64,000 nucleotides of DNA from an uncultured delta proteobacterium (GTDB lineage: Bacteria; Desulfobacterota; Desulfobaccia; Desulfobaccales; 0-14-0-80-60-11), in contig CAVYJK010000028.1 in NCBI GenBank assembly GCA_963768765.1, positions 48,576 through 112,575 of the forward strand, read 5' to 3'. Below are positions 26,612 to 37,022 of the stretch, in pieces; positions within the stretch are counted from its first letter, which is position 1, and the number at the start of each line of letters is the position of its first letter. The notes beneath the pieces are model-generated. The model made no database searches. It saw only the letters and a program-made list of their open reading frames with translations, and had not been told where the DNA came from. The position numbers were made by a program, and so were the translations under genes.

Positions 26612-28824
26612 ATGTCGTCGCTGCCAGGGGAAGTCCAGGGAAATCGCGGGCGAGCTCCCGTTATCTCCCAACGCCGTAGTGGTCCTGAAAACGCCGCTAC
26701 CTCAAGAAGGACGATAAGGGCGAGGTGGCCGAAGCGGCTCCGGACATGTTCCGCCGGGTGGCCGAAACCATCGCCAGGAGATCGACCGCTCAGTACGACC
26801 CCCAGGCCGAAGTGGCCGCCACCACCCGCAAGTTCTACGAAATCATGTCCAGCCTCTCCTTCATGCCCAACTCCCCCACCTTGATGAACGCCGGCCGGGA
26901 GCTGGGCCAGCTCTCCGCCTGCTTCGTCCTGCCGGTGGACGACGACATCGAGTCCATCTTCGACGCGGTGAAGCAGACGGCCCTCATCCACAAGTCCGGC
27001 GGGGGCACCGGCTTTTCCTTCTCCCGCATCCGTCCCGCCAACGATCCGGTGCTCTCCACCAAGGGGGTGGCCTCGGGCCCCCTCTCCTTCATGAACATCT
27101 TCGACGTGGCCACCGAGACCATCAAGCAGGGCGGCACCCGCCGGGGCGCCAACATGGGCATCCTCAGGGTGGACCACCCGGACATCGAAAAGTTCGTCAC
27201 CTGTAAGAACGACACCAAGCGTCTAACCAACTTCAACATCTCCGTGGGGCTCACCGACGAGTTCATGGAGGCGGTGAAAGCGGGCGGAGACTTTCCCCTG
27301 GTCAACCCCCGGACCAAACAAGAAGTGAAGCGGGTCAGCGCCTCGGCCCTCTTCGACCTCATCGTCCAGAGCGCCTGGGGCACCGGCGAGCCCGGCATCA
27401 TCTTCCTGGACGCCCTGAACCGGGACAACCCGCTGCCCCACCTGGGGGAGATCGAAGCCACCAACCCCTGCGGCGAGCAGCCCCTGTTGCCCTATGAGTC
27501 CTGCAACCTGGGGTCCCTGAACCTGGCCCAGGTGGTCAAAGACAACCAGATCGACTACCCGGCCCTGGGAAGTCTGGTGCACACCGCGGTGCACTTCCTG
27601 GACAACGTCATCGACGCCAACCGCTTCCCCTTGGAGCTCATCAAGGAGCACACCCTGAAGACCCGGAAGATCGGCCTGGGGGTCATGGGGTTCGCCGATA
27701 TGCTGGTGAAAATGGGCATCCCTTACAACTCCGAGGAGGCGGTGGCCGTGGCCGAGCAGGTCATGGCCTTTATCCAGAAGGAGGCCAGGCGGGCCTCCGC
27801 CAACCTGGCCGACCGCCGGGGCAACTTCCCCTACTATGCCGGCAGTCGCTACGACGGCAACGGCCTGGGGCGCATGCGCAACGCCACCACCACCACCATC
27901 GCCCCCACCGGCACCATCAGCATCATCGCCAGCTGCTCGTCCGGCATCGAGCCCCTGTTTGCGGTCTCCTACGTGCGCCGGGTGCTGGAAGGCACCGAGC
28001 TCATCGAGGTCCACCCCTACTTTGAGGAGCTGGCCAAACAGCGGGGCTTTTATACCCCGGAGCTGATGAAGCGCATCGCCAGCACCGGCTCCATCCGGGA
28101 AATCAAGGAGATCCCCCAGGATATCCGCCGCCTCTTCGTCACCGCCCACGAAACCTCGCCCCAGTGGCACATCAAACTCCAGGCCGCCTTCCAGAAGTAC
28201 ACCGACAACGCGGTGTCCAAGACGGTGAACTTCCCCCAGCAGGCCACCGTCGACGACGTGCGCCAGGTCTACCTCATGGCCTACGACCTCGGCCTCAAGG
28301 GGGTCACCATCTACCGGGACGGCAGCCGGGAAGAGCAGGTCCTGAGCTTTGGGGCCTCCAAGGCCACCATGCAGTACATCACCCCCCGACCCCGGCCGGA
28401 GCGCACCACCGGAGTAACGGAGCTGATCCAGACGGGCTGCGGCAGGCTCTACGTCACGGTGAACCAGGACCACCTGGGCTTCTGCGAGGTCTTCGCCCAG
28501 ATGGGCAAGACCGGGGGCTGCGCCAGCTCCCAGATCGAGTCCACCGGGCGCCTCATCTCGCTGGCCCTGCGCTCCGGGGTGAAGATCGACGCCATCATCA
28601 AACAGATCACCGGCATCCGCTGCCCCAGCCCCAACTGGCAGAACGGCTGCCAGGTGCTCTCCTGCCCCGACGCCATCGCCAAGGTGCTCGCCAGCGTGGC
28701 CCAGGTGGACCCGCCGGCGCCCACCCAGGCCACCATGGGGGCCTGCCCCGACTGCGGCGGCGCCATGGACCACGAAGGTGGCTGCCTGGTCTGCCGCAAC
28801 TGCGGCTTTTCGCGGTGTAGTTAA
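26612..28824 (+). CDS. nrdJ: Class II (adenosylcobalamin-dependent) ribonucleotide reductase; 5' end disrupted by one or two frame shifts (approx 26640 and 26686)
   Basis: The 699-aa track ORF shows NPCGEQPLLPYESCNLGS, TIAPTGTIS and a C-terminal Zn ribbon CPDCGG..CLVCRNCG. The conserved N-terminus LSPNAVVVLK|RRYLKKDDKGEVAEAAPDMFRRVA is split at an A-run (ctgaaaacgccgc). Confidence 0.9.
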
Positions 28825-28830
28825 TGAATT

Positions 28831-29295
28831 TTGGGGAAAGGGGCCAGGGACAAAAGCCCCTGCCCCCTTCCCCAAACCCCATCCCCCAACCCTATAAGTA
28901 GGGGCGACCCGTTGGGTCGCCCCAGAAAAATGTAGGGCGGGCACTGCCCGCCAGCAATAACCTCAAGAACAGGTGGGCCATGCCCACCCCACATGGTGGC
29001 ACAGGCTTTCCATCCTGTGCTTTTTTTTACACAGGCGAGACGCCTGTGCCACTGAGGCCGGTGCCACTGACGGCGGTGCCACTGGCCCCTGCCCTCCCCT
29101 ACATCCCATCCCCCAACCCCATAGAAAACTGTAGGGGCGGGTTTGAAACCCGCCCCTACAGTTTTTCCGCCCCTCCTTTTCACCTTTGCAAAACCCCCCT
29201 TTTTGCCGTATAGTGCCCTTTGATAAGGGAAACTGTAAGGGCGCGCCCAGGTGAGCGCCCTCAAGGGGCGGACACGCGGGTCCGCCCCTACAAAA
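28831..29295. repeat. Repeat cluster filling the nrdJ / AI-2E transporter intergenic region
   Basis: A family B G-rich hairpin sits at 28831-28893. REP hairpins are at 28901-28923 (GGGGCGACCCgttGGGTCGCCCC), 28935-28952 and 29129-29161 (CTGTAGGGGCGGGTTTGAAACCCGCCCCTACAG). A double REP is at 29233-29295. Confidence 0.8.
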
Positions 29296-29333
29296 ATTTG
29301 TAAAATTTGTAAAATAGAGAGACCCGCAAAGGC

Positions 29334-30608
29334 ATGACCGAACCCGAATCCCAGGAAGAGCGCCAGGCCCAGGAGACCAAGCCGTCGCCTGAGGCCGGTG
29401 CGGCCGCGGCCCCGCCGGCGGCGGCGGAGACTGCCCCCCCCGCCCTCCCCTGCGCCCCCTGCCCTCCTGCCGAGGAAAAGCCGGCCTTCCCCACCCACTT
29501 CGCCCGGCTGTTCTTCGGGGCCGTCACCCTGCTGGTGCTCTATTACTCCTACCTGGTCATCAAGCCTTATCTGTTGGACATCTTCATGGCCCTGGTGCTC
29601 TTTTTCACCGCCCGGCCCCTTTATCAGATTCTGTGCCGCCTGCTCTGGGGCATGAAAGGCCCTGGCGTCGGCGCTCACCTGCCTCATCCTGGCCCTGGTC
29701 ATCCTGATTCCCCTGTTCACCCTGATGAGCATCATCGCCAACCAGGCCCTGGAGTTCTCCAGCCAGGTGAGCCAGGGGATGCAAGGCGGCGAGCTCTGGC
29801 AGTGGATCGCGGCCAAGATCGACGTCCTCAAGGGTTACCTGGCCCATCTCAATCTGCCCCTTGCCGCCGGGGGAGATCAACTGGAGCAGATCGTCCAGAC
29901 GGTGGTGACCAATGCCAGCACCTTTATCTACACCAACGCCATCGGCCTCATCAAGGGCTTCACCTACTTTCTTCCTGGACCTGATGCTGGTGCTGTTCAT
30001 CGCCTTTTTCATGTTCTTGCAGGGCGACGCCTTTATTGACGAAATCAAGAAGCTCTCCCCCCTGGATGCAGCCCACAACGACGAAATCCTGCGGGAGACG
30101 GAAGTCACCATCAAGGCCACCCTCTGGGGCACGGTCATCGTGGCCTTCGTCCAGGGCTTCCTGGGGGGGCTGGGCTTCCTGATCTTCGGCCTATCCCAGC
30201 CTGCCTTCTGGGGCACGGTGATGATCCCCGCCGCGGTGATCCCGGTGGTGGGCAGCGCCATCATCTGGGGGCCGGCGGCCGTTTATCTCATCTTCACCGG
30301 ACACCTGGGCCCCGGCATCGGCCTCATCATCTGGGGCGGGGTAGTGGTGAGCGTCATCGACAACGTCTTAAAGCCCATCCTTGATGAAAGGGAGCGGCTC
30401 CACCCCCAGCATCTTCATCTTGTTCAGCATCCTGGGGGGTCTCACCTACTTCGGCATGATCGGCTTCATCCTGGGGCCCCTGATCCTGTCGTTTCTCCTG
30501 TCGCTGCTCCGGATTTACCAGAAAACCATCCTGGCCCAGCCGGCGCCGGCCGCGGCGGCGGTGGCGGAAAGCGCCAAACCCGGCCCCCCGCCGGGGAATA
30601 GCCCTTAA
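29334..30608 (+). CDS. AI-2E family (PerM/YdiK-like) transporter; frame broken three times (approx 29652, 29970, 30380)
   Basis: Four overlapping plus-strand ORFs (29334.., 29725.., 29912.., 30381..30608) join into one membrane protein. The joins read ..LYQILCRLL|KALASALTCLILALVILIPLF..FTYFL|LDLMLVLFIAFFMFLQGD..VIDNVLKPIL|MKGSGSTPSIFILFSILGG.. Confidence 0.8.
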
Positions 30609-30777
30609 ACCCGGCAAGTTTGAGGGCAGGGCCGGGGGAATGTGGCACAGGCGCCCTCGCCTGTGATCACCCCATCCTGGGCACGGCACGCCGTGCCCCT
30701 ACAGCTCCCATCCCAGCCCCCTTTATGAGAGCTCTGCAAAATTCTTCGATGACAGGTTCAGGATGGCAAAACCTTTT

Positions 30778-31097
30778 TAAATCCCCCTAAATCCCCCTTT
30801 TTCAAAGGGGGACTTTATATAGCCAAGTTATTGACAACGCACGTCTTTAGAAATTCCCCCCTTTAATAAAGGGGGGTTAGGGGGGATTTCTCTGTAGCCA
30901 TCTGAGGCATAATTCCCTTACCAAAGTCACTTTCTCAGAGGTCCCCTTTATGGGGTTTGGGGGTGGGATTCAGGGAGGACTGTAAGTGGGCCGTCGGCCC
31001 CTAGCCCCCTCCCTGAAAAAGTATTTTTCCCGAGGCTTTTTCAGGGAACAGCGCCACCCCTAAAAAAACAGGGGCGGGTTACAAACCCGCCCCTACG
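30778..31097. repeat. Repeat cluster: family A MITE-like element, family B2 G-rich element and REP hairpin
   Basis: The family A element (30778-30890) has the termini aatccccctaaatccccc and ggggggttaggggggatt. The B2 element (30951-31020) reads tggggtttgggggtgggattcagggaggactgtaagtgggccgtcggcccctagccccctccctgaaaaa. The REP hairpin is at 31068-31097. Confidence 0.8.
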
Positions 31098-31122
31098 TTT
31101 AACCGCCATAATTCTTCGCCTT

Positions 31123-31926
31123 TTAGCCCGCCAGAGCCAGCTCCTGTTTGATCTCGGAGAGGTCAAGCTCCCCCAGGTAGGCCGGGGCCCGGGACTCCAG
31201 CTGCTCGATCTCCTGCTGCACCAGTTCCTTTTCCAGGTGCCGGTCCTCGTGGATGAACTGGCAGTACTCCTCGAATAATTCCTTTTTCAAATCCGGGGAG
31301 AAGAGCAGTTCTTTCTGGAACTTTTCCTCCAGGCTCAGGATGCTGTCCAGCAGATAAAAATAGATGGAACGGGCTTCGGCCAGGCGGCCCGATTGGGCCA
31401 GACGGTCGGCCCGGGACTGGGCCCGGCGGAGCTTGTGCTCTGCGTCCACCAGGGCGCCGGCCTCATCGGAGATCTCCTCCACCACCCGGTCGATGGACTC
31501 CAGGATATCGTCCAGGCCCTGATCTTCCTCCTTCAGGACCCCCCGCACTCCCGGCACCCGGTCGGCCAGGTCCATGATGATGTCCACCAGTTCTTTTTTG
31601 GAGTACTTTTTCAACCGCTCCTTGAGCTCCCCCTGGTTGAGAAACTTACCCGGGTCCTGGGACCAGGCCCGGAGCAAGGCCAGGACATGGGAACAGAGTT
31701 CTCCGCCCTCCATCTGAGGGCAAGAGCAGATATAAGCCAGCTGGTCATTCTGGATCTTCACCTCCACCTGGAAGGGCGCCTCATCCACGACCACGCCCCG
31801 CAAGCGGTCGGGCAAGCGATAACCATGCCGGACCTGTTGGTTCTGGACAAAGGTCTGGGCCCGGGCATTATTTTCCGGGGTCCCGATCTGGTCCAGGGTC
31901 TTGGCATCCAAGTCTTCAAAACGCAT
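31123..31926 (-). CDS. SWIM zinc-finger domain protein
   Basis: 267 aa with the CxC..C.H SWIM signature YICSCPQMEGGELCSHVLALL, followed by a helical acidic region. Confidence 0.7.
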   Translation of the reverse strand: MRFEDLDAKTLDQIGTPENNARAQTFVQNQQVRHGYRLPDRLRGVVVDEAPFQVEVKIQNDQLAYICSCPQMEGGELCSHVLALLRAWSQDPGKFLNQGELKERLKKYSKKELVDIIMDLADRVPGVRGVLKEEDQGLDDILESIDRVVEEISDEAGALVDAEHKLRRAQSRADRLAQSGRLAEARSIYFYLLDSILSLEEKFQKELLFSPDLKKELFEEYCQFIHEDRHLEKELVQQEIEQLESRAPAYLGELDLSEIKQELALAG

Positions 31927-32008
31927 GTCAGTCCATCAATTCCTTAATTATTTTCTTTAAATTTAACACATTACCCGAACTTGGCAACCAATTAATGAGG
32001 GCTTTCAA

Positions 32009-32695
32009 TCAAATTTTTTGGGAATCAAAGTACGCCTGACTCTGGCGGGAAAGGTCGTTGAGGCGGGCTTCCAGGTCCCGGCGCCAGGGCTCCAGGGCGG
32101 GCCCCCGGGCGGCGGCCGGGACTGCAAGAGGTTCCCCCACCAGCACGGCGAGGCGGCTGAAAGGCAGGGGCAGCTCAAAGCGGTCCCAGGTTTTAAAGGT
32201 AATTTTACGGCTGGCGGCCACCGCCAGCGGCAAGATGGGGGCCTGGGTTTCCCGGGCCAGGTAGATGACGCCCTTCTGCGCCACCCGGGCCGGCCCCCGG
32301 GAGCCGTCGGCCACCAGGCCGCAGCTGTGTCCCCGGCGCACGTAGGCGGACATTTGCTGTAGGGCCTGGACCCCGCCCTTGCGCCGGGACCCGGGGACCA
32401 CCAGAAAGCCCAGGCCACGGGCCACTTCGGCGATGAACTCCCCGTCCCGGCTGGGGCTGGCCATGAGCACCAGGGGCGGCATTTCGGCATAATAATGGCC
32501 GGCGTAATAGAGCGGGCAGAGAAGATGGCAGTGCCAGGCAGTGAAGAGCACCGGGGCGCCGGAGAGAGCCAGGTCAATGCCTTCGGGACTTCCCACCACC
32601 CTGGCGGAACAGGTGCGCAGGTAGAGCCGCACCAGCTTGCCGGCCAGGACCGGGGCCCAGCGCTGCCAGAGGGGATGATCCAAACGGAGCTTCAT
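32009..32695 (-). CDS. DUF374 / lysophospholipid acyltransferase-like protein
   Basis: 228 aa with FTAWHCHLL, ASPSRDGEFIA and RGHSCGLVADGSRGPA, typical of the DUF374 family found in LPS/lipid A clusters. Confidence 0.65.
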   Translation of the reverse strand: MKLRLDHPLWQRWAPVLAGKLVRLYLRTCSARVVGSPEGIDLALSGAPVLFTAWHCHLLCPLYYAGHYYAEMPPLVLMASPSRDGEFIAEVARGLGFLVVPGSRRKGGVQALQQMSAYVRRGHSCGLVADGSRGPARVAQKGVIYLARETQAPILPLAVAASRKITFKTWDRFELPLPFSRLAVLVGEPLAVPAAARGPALEPWRRDLEARLNDLSRQSQAYFDSQKI

Positions 32696-32697
32696 GG

Positions 32698-32733
32698 GAG
32701 TTTCGAGTCTCGAGTTTTCAGTTTCGAGTTGAG
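32698..32733. repeat. AGTTTCG-type short tandem repeat
   Basis: The sequence gagtttcgagtctcgagttttcagtttcgagttgag lies immediately upstream of the DUF374 gene start. Confidence 0.7.
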
Positions 32734-32758
32734 GCGGCGACGGGGCATGGGCGACCGG

Positions 32759-33134
32759 TTATTTCCTCGATTCCAGACGCTCCAGGATCTTGGGGGTGTA
32801 GAGGTCGTGCTCCAGCACCTGGGCCGACACCGGGCGGATCATGCTCAGTTTCATCATCAGGAAGTTGAGGCGCCGCATCTGTTTCAACTTCTCGGCCTCA
32901 TCCTCCATGGAAGCCACCAGATCTTGCAGGGTCACCACCTCCTTGCGCAACTCCAACTCCGGCGGCAGGCAGTCGGCGTTTTTCAGGATCTTGTAGGCCA
33001 TGCGCAGCTCCGGCGGGATGTGGACTCTCGTCCTCCAGGTTCAGGGGTTGGCCCTGGCCTTGCAGGTTGTCGAACTCCCCGGCCTCGATGGCCTCCAGGA
33101 TGCGGTTTTCGGCGATTCTGGCAAAAAATTCCAT
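32759..33134 (-). CDS. DUF1992 (DnaJ-C28/YhdN-like) protein; one frame disruption near 33029
   Basis: The N-terminus IAENRILEAIEAGEFDNLQGQGQPLNLEDES (ORF 32898..33134) continues in another frame as HIPPELRMAYKILKNADCLPPELELRKE.. (ORF 32759..33001). Confidence 0.75.
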
Positions 33135-33153
33135 GCAGTATCCAATATTGGTT

Positions 33154-33216
33154 GATGGGGGGAGGGCCAGGGACCTGAGGCCCCTGCCCTCCCCCCATAC
33201 CCCCCTCCCAACCCGC
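33154..33216. repeat. Family B G-rich hairpin element
   Basis: The hairpin gatGGGGGGAGGGCCAGGGAcctgaggCCCCTGCCCTCCCCCC is followed by atacccccctcccaacccgc. It lies directly downstream of smpB. Confidence 0.8.
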
Positions 33217-33278
33217 AGAAGGGGCTGTCCAGGCGGGGCCTATGGCCCCCTCCCTCAAACTGATTTCCTCAGACGGCC

Positions 33279-33740
33279 TCACCGCCGTTTGCGGGCCCGC
33301 TCCATTTCCCGCTGTTGTTCCCGGCGGCGGATGGTCTCCCGTTTGTCGATCTTCTTTTTACCCCGGGCCAGGGCGATCTCCACCTTGGCGTGTTCGTCCT
33401 TGAAGTAAAGCTTCAGGGGGATCAGGGTAAAGCCCCGTTCCTGCACCTTGCCCAGGAGCCTCCTTATTTCATGGCGATGCAGCAGGAGCTTGCGGGGCCG
33501 CTCCGGCTCGTGGCCGTCCACCGTGGCGTGGGAGTAGGGGCTGATATGGGCGTTGTACAGGTAGATCTCCCCGTCCCGGAAGCGGGCATAGGCGTCGTCG
33601 ATGCTGGCCTTCCCCTGCCGCAATGATTTGACTTCCGTCCCTTTCAACACCAGGCCGGCCTCGAAGAGGTCGTCGATGCTGTATTCGAAATAGGCCTTGC
33701 GGTTGCGGCAAATAATTTTGATGTTGTCTTCCTTCATCAT
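33279..33740 (-). CDS. smpB: SsrA-binding protein
   Basis: 153 aa with NRKAYFEY, GTEVKSLR and LLLHRHEI. Confidence 0.95.
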   Translation of the reverse strand: MMKEDNIKIICRNRKAYFEYSIDDLFEAGLVLKGTEVKSLRQGKASIDDAYARFRDGEIYLYNAHISPYSHATVDGHEPERPRKLLLHRHEIRRLLGKVQERGFTLIPLKLYFKDEHAKVEIALARGKKKIDKRETIRRREQQREMERARKRR

Positions 33741-35518
33741 GCCAGATTGTTGGCCAGGGGGCGGCCGAAGCGAAAAATTTCCGGGAAGCGGTCATTCATC
33801 TTCCGGGTGACGTAGTCGTTGACTTCCTCTTCCGTGGACTTGGAAAGGGCCTGCCGGGCGAATTCCGTGGCTTCCTTCAGGGAAGTCAGGCGGATGACGC
33901 GTTTGACCACCGGGATGGCCATGGGGTTCATGGAGAGCTCTTCCACTCCCAGGCCCAGCAGGATGGGGATGTTCAGAGGGTCCCCGGCCATCTCGCCGCA
34001 GATGGCCACCGGAATTCCCGCCTGCCGGCCGGCCTGGACCACGTCCCGCACCATGCGCATAACCGCGGGGTGCAGGGGCTGGTACATGTCGGCCACGTGC
34101 TTATTAACCCGGTCGATGGCCAGGGCGTACTGGATCAGATCGTTGGTGCCGATGCTGAAGAAATCGGCACACCGGGCCAGCAATTCCGCCAGGGTCACAG
34201 CCGCGGGCACTTCGATCATGGCCCCCACCGGCAAGTCGGGGTCGAAGGGAACCTTCTCCTTCTTGAGCTCGTCTTTCACCGACTCCAGCAGCCGGCGGGC
34301 TTCCTGCATCTCCCGGGGACTGGTGATGAGGGGGAACATGACCCGCACCTTGCCGTAGGCCGAAGCCCGGAGGATGGCCTTGAGCTGGGTCCGAAAGATC
34401 TTCTGCTCCTTGAGGCAGAAGCGAATGGCCCTGAGACCCAGGGCCGGGTTCATTTCCGGGGCATACTCCAGGGGAGAGAGGAACTTGTCGCCCCCGATGT
34501 CCAGGGTGCGGATGGTCACCTCCCGGGGCGCCATGGCCGTCACCACCTGCTTGTATTCCCGGAAGAGCTCCTCCTCGGTGGGCAGCTGGCGCTGGCGCAG
34601 ATAGAGAAATTCGGTGCGCAAGAGCCCAATGCCGTCGGCCCCGTATTTGATGGCCAGCGAGACCTCTTCCGGCAACTCGATGTTGGCCAGCACCCGGTTG
34701 GGATGGCCGTCGCTGGTGACCGCGGGCAGGGAGCTGCCCAGGCTGACTTCCGCCTTGAAGATTTCGAATTCCTTCTTGGTGGTCCGGTAGGCCCAGATCA
34801 TGTCGTTATCCGGGTCCACAGTCACCCGGCCCGTCAGGCCGTTGAGGATGATCAGGTCTCCCGACTCGATTTCCAGAGTGGCGTTGTCCAGGCCCACCAC
34901 CGCCGGGATTTCCAGGGAGTGGGCGATGATGGCCGTGTGGGAGGTCTTGCCGCCCCTTTCGGTGATAAACCCCAGCACCTGGGATTTGGACATCTGGGAG
35001 GTTTCCGCGGGCGACAGGTCCCGGGCCACGAAGATCACCGGTTCAGAAGAGGGAAGGAGCCTGCTGCCGCTCCTGCCGGTGAGGTGCTCCAAGAGGCGGT
35101 AGTAGACCGCCTCCACGTCCTGGATGCGGCCCCGGATGTGTTTGTCCCCGATGCGCTGGAACAGTTCTTTAATCTTCAGAAAAGCCTGATGCAGAGCCCG
35201 CTCGGCATTGAAATTCTGCTCCTGGATGAGGCGCTGGGTCTCCTCTAAGAGCATGCGGTCCCGGAGGATCAACAGGTGCAACTCCAGGATGTGGGCGTGC
35301 TCCTGCAAATCCCCGGCGATTTCGTTCTTGAGGCGGGTCATCTCCCCTTCGGTCTGGTCCACGGCCCGGCGGAAGCGCTCCAGTTCTTCGGCCACCTCCT
35401 GGGGCGAATACAGAAGGCGGGTAGAAATCGGGGCCCCTTGGGTCAACACCTGGGCCGGGCCCATGACGATGCCGGGGGAGGCGGCAATGCCCTGGAGGGT
35501 TCGATTCTTCCGGGTCAT
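33737..35518 (-). CDS. ptsI: Phosphoenolpyruvate-protein phosphotransferase (PTS enzyme I)
   Basis: 593 aa with GGKTSHTAIIAHSLEIPAV (active-site His), LRTEFLY and FSIGTNDLIQY. It overlaps the ptsH stop. Confidence 0.9.
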   Translation of the reverse strand: MTRKNRTLQGIAASPGIVMGPAQVLTQGAPISTRLLYSPQEVAEELERFRRAVDQTEGEMTRLKNEIAGDLQEHAHILELHLLILRDRMLLEETQRLIQEQNFNAERALHQAFLKIKELFQRIGDKHIRGRIQDVEAVYYRLLEHLTGRSGSRLLPSSEPVIFVARDLSPAETSQMSKSQVLGFITERGGKTSHTAIIAHSLEIPAVVGLDNATLEIESGDLIILNGLTGRVTVDPDNDMIWAYRTTKKEFEIFKAEVSLGSSLPAVTSDGHPNRVLANIELPEEVSLAIKYGADGIGLLRTEFLYLRQRQLPTEEELFREYKQVVTAMAPREVTIRTLDIGGDKFLSPLEYAPEMNPALGLRAIRFCLKEQKIFRTQLKAILRASAYGKVRVMFPLITSPREMQEARRLLESVKDELKKEKVPFDPDLPVGAMIEVPAAVTLAELLARCADFFSIGTNDLIQYALAIDRVNKHVADMYQPLHPAVMRMVRDVVQAGRQAGIPVAICGEMAGDPLNIPILLGLGVEELSMNPMAIPVVKRVIRLTSLKEATEFARQALSKSTEEEVNDYVTRKMNDRFPEIFRFGRPLANNLA

Positions 35519-35784
35519 GGTTCTCCAAACTTACGGGCAAAGAGGGCGGCGATCTGGGAGGCCGCTTCCCGGGCCTGGGGCCCCGTTGCCCGCAGCACCA
35601 GCCGGGTTCCCTGGGGGCAATCCAGGGCCAGGACGGCCAGCAGGTCCCGGGCGTTAGCCACCAAACCGTCTTTCTCCAGGGTGATCTCGGCCTCGAATTG
35701 CTGGGCCGCGGTGGCGATTCTGGCTACCGGACGGGCATGCAGGCCCAGGCGGTTTTCCACCCAAAGCTCTTTTTCCACTTCCAT
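35515..35784 (-). CDS. ptsH: Phosphocarrier protein HPr
   Basis: 89 aa with the NRLGLHARPVA His-15 motif. Confidence 0.9.
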   Translation of the reverse strand: MEVEKELWVENRLGLHARPVARIATAAQQFEAEITLEKDGLVANARDLLAVLALDCPQGTRLVLRATGPQAREAASQIAALFARKFGEP

Positions 35785-35867
35785 AATGACGCTATCAGGT
35801 TCTGGCCCTATTATTTTATCATGAAAAACTCAGGCAGGTAAATTTTTTGCCCGGGAATCCCTGAGGC

Positions 35868-36030
35868 AAAGTCCCTCTCCCTGGCGGGAGGGATTAGGGA
35901 GAGCGGGTAATATCCAGGAATCACTACAATCCGTTTCAAAACCTGGCTTCGCAGTGAAATGTCATTCTGCGCGCAGCCAAGAATCTCGTATTTTCATAAT
36001 GTTGAGATCCTTCGGTTCGTTCAGGATGAC
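35868..36030. repeat. Family G-like element (35868-35905) and family F MITE-like element (35959-36030)
   Basis: The first element reads ccctctccctggcgggagggattagggagagcgggtaa. The second reads tgtcattctgcgcgcagccaagaatctc...gttcaggatgaca. Confidence 0.7.
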
Positions 36031-36083
36031 AGAAAAACAGTTTTGAAACAGCTTTTAATGATTTTCACCAGGCAGCGAATCAT

Positions 36084-36944
36084 TCAATCCAGGCGTCCCT
36101 GGTCCTTCAAGGCCAGGTAGGCCTGGTAGACCCGGCGCCGGGACAACTTCAGGTCTGCGGCCACCCGGTCCGCCAGCCGGCGCCCGCTAAGGTTGCTCTC
36201 CCGGGCCACCTGGAGGAGAGCGCCTTCCAGGTCCGCCTCCGGAGCAGCCCCTGCCTGGGGGCGGGAGAGCACCAGGGCGCATTCGCCCTTGAGCTGGGCG
36301 CCCTGAAGCTGCGCGGCCACTGCCGGCACCGGCCCCCGCCAGGTTTCTTCAAACTTTTTGGTAAGCTCCCGCACCACCAGGATCTGGCGGTCCGGCATGA
36401 ACCGGGCGATTTCCTCCAGGGTGCGCGGCAAACGCCGGGGGGACTCATAGATGATGATGACCCGGTTCTCGGCGGCCAGTTCCTGCAGCAGCCGGGCCCG
36501 CCGGCCTTCCCCCCGGGGCAAAAACCCCAGGAAAAGTATATCCCCTTTGAAGCCGGAAAGCGACAGCGCCGCCACCCCGGCGGCGGGGCCGGGGATGGGA
36601 ACCACTTTAATCCCCGCTTCCCAGGCCCGTCCCACCAGGTCGGCCCCGGGGTCTGAGAGCCCGGGAGTGCCGGCGTCGCTCACCAGGGCCACGTTCGCCC
36701 CTTCCTCCAGGCGCCGGATGAGCTCCAACCCGCGGGTCAATTGGTTGTGGGCGTGGTAGCTGGTAAGCGGGGTGCCGATGCCGTAGTGGCTCAGGAGTTT
36801 GCGGGTGTGGCGGGTGTCCTCCGCGGCGATGAGGTCCGCCTCTTTGAGCACCCGCAGGGCCCGGAGGGTGATGTCCTCCAGGTTGCCGATGGGGGTGGCG
36901 ACGATGTATAACATTCCACCGGATGATTTTTTTAACAAGGCCAT
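36084..36944 (-). CDS. rsmI: 16S rRNA (cytidine1402-2'-O)-methyltransferase
   Basis: 286 aa with LYIVATPIGNLEDITLRALRVLKEADLIAAEDTRHT. Confidence 0.9.
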   Translation of the reverse strand: MALLKKSSGGMLYIVATPIGNLEDITLRALRVLKEADLIAAEDTRHTRKLLSHYGIGTPLTSYHAHNQLTRGLELIRRLEEGANVALVSDAGTPGLSDPGADLVGRAWEAGIKVVPIPGPAAGVAALSLSGFKGDILFLGFLPRGEGRRARLLQELAAENRVIIIYESPRRLPRTLEEIARFMPDRQILVVRELTKKFEETWRGPVPAVAAQLQGAQLKGECALVLSRPQAGAAPEADLEGALLQVARESNLSGRRLADRVAADLKLSRRRVYQAYLALKDQGRLD

Positions 36945-37022
36945 ACGACAAAAGATCTTTTAATCCCTATCCTTCTGGGAATAGTATCTTCTTTGCAGTT
37001 TCACTTGCTATAACCCTACAGA

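Noticed and set aside
28821-29831. 336-aa minus-strand ORF spanning the nrdJ/transporter intergenic region
   Set aside because: It runs through the REP and family B repeat cluster and then antisense to the AI-2E transporter. Its translation is repeat-derived low complexity (RRRRGRGRTGLRRRLG and WHRRQWHRPQWHRR).
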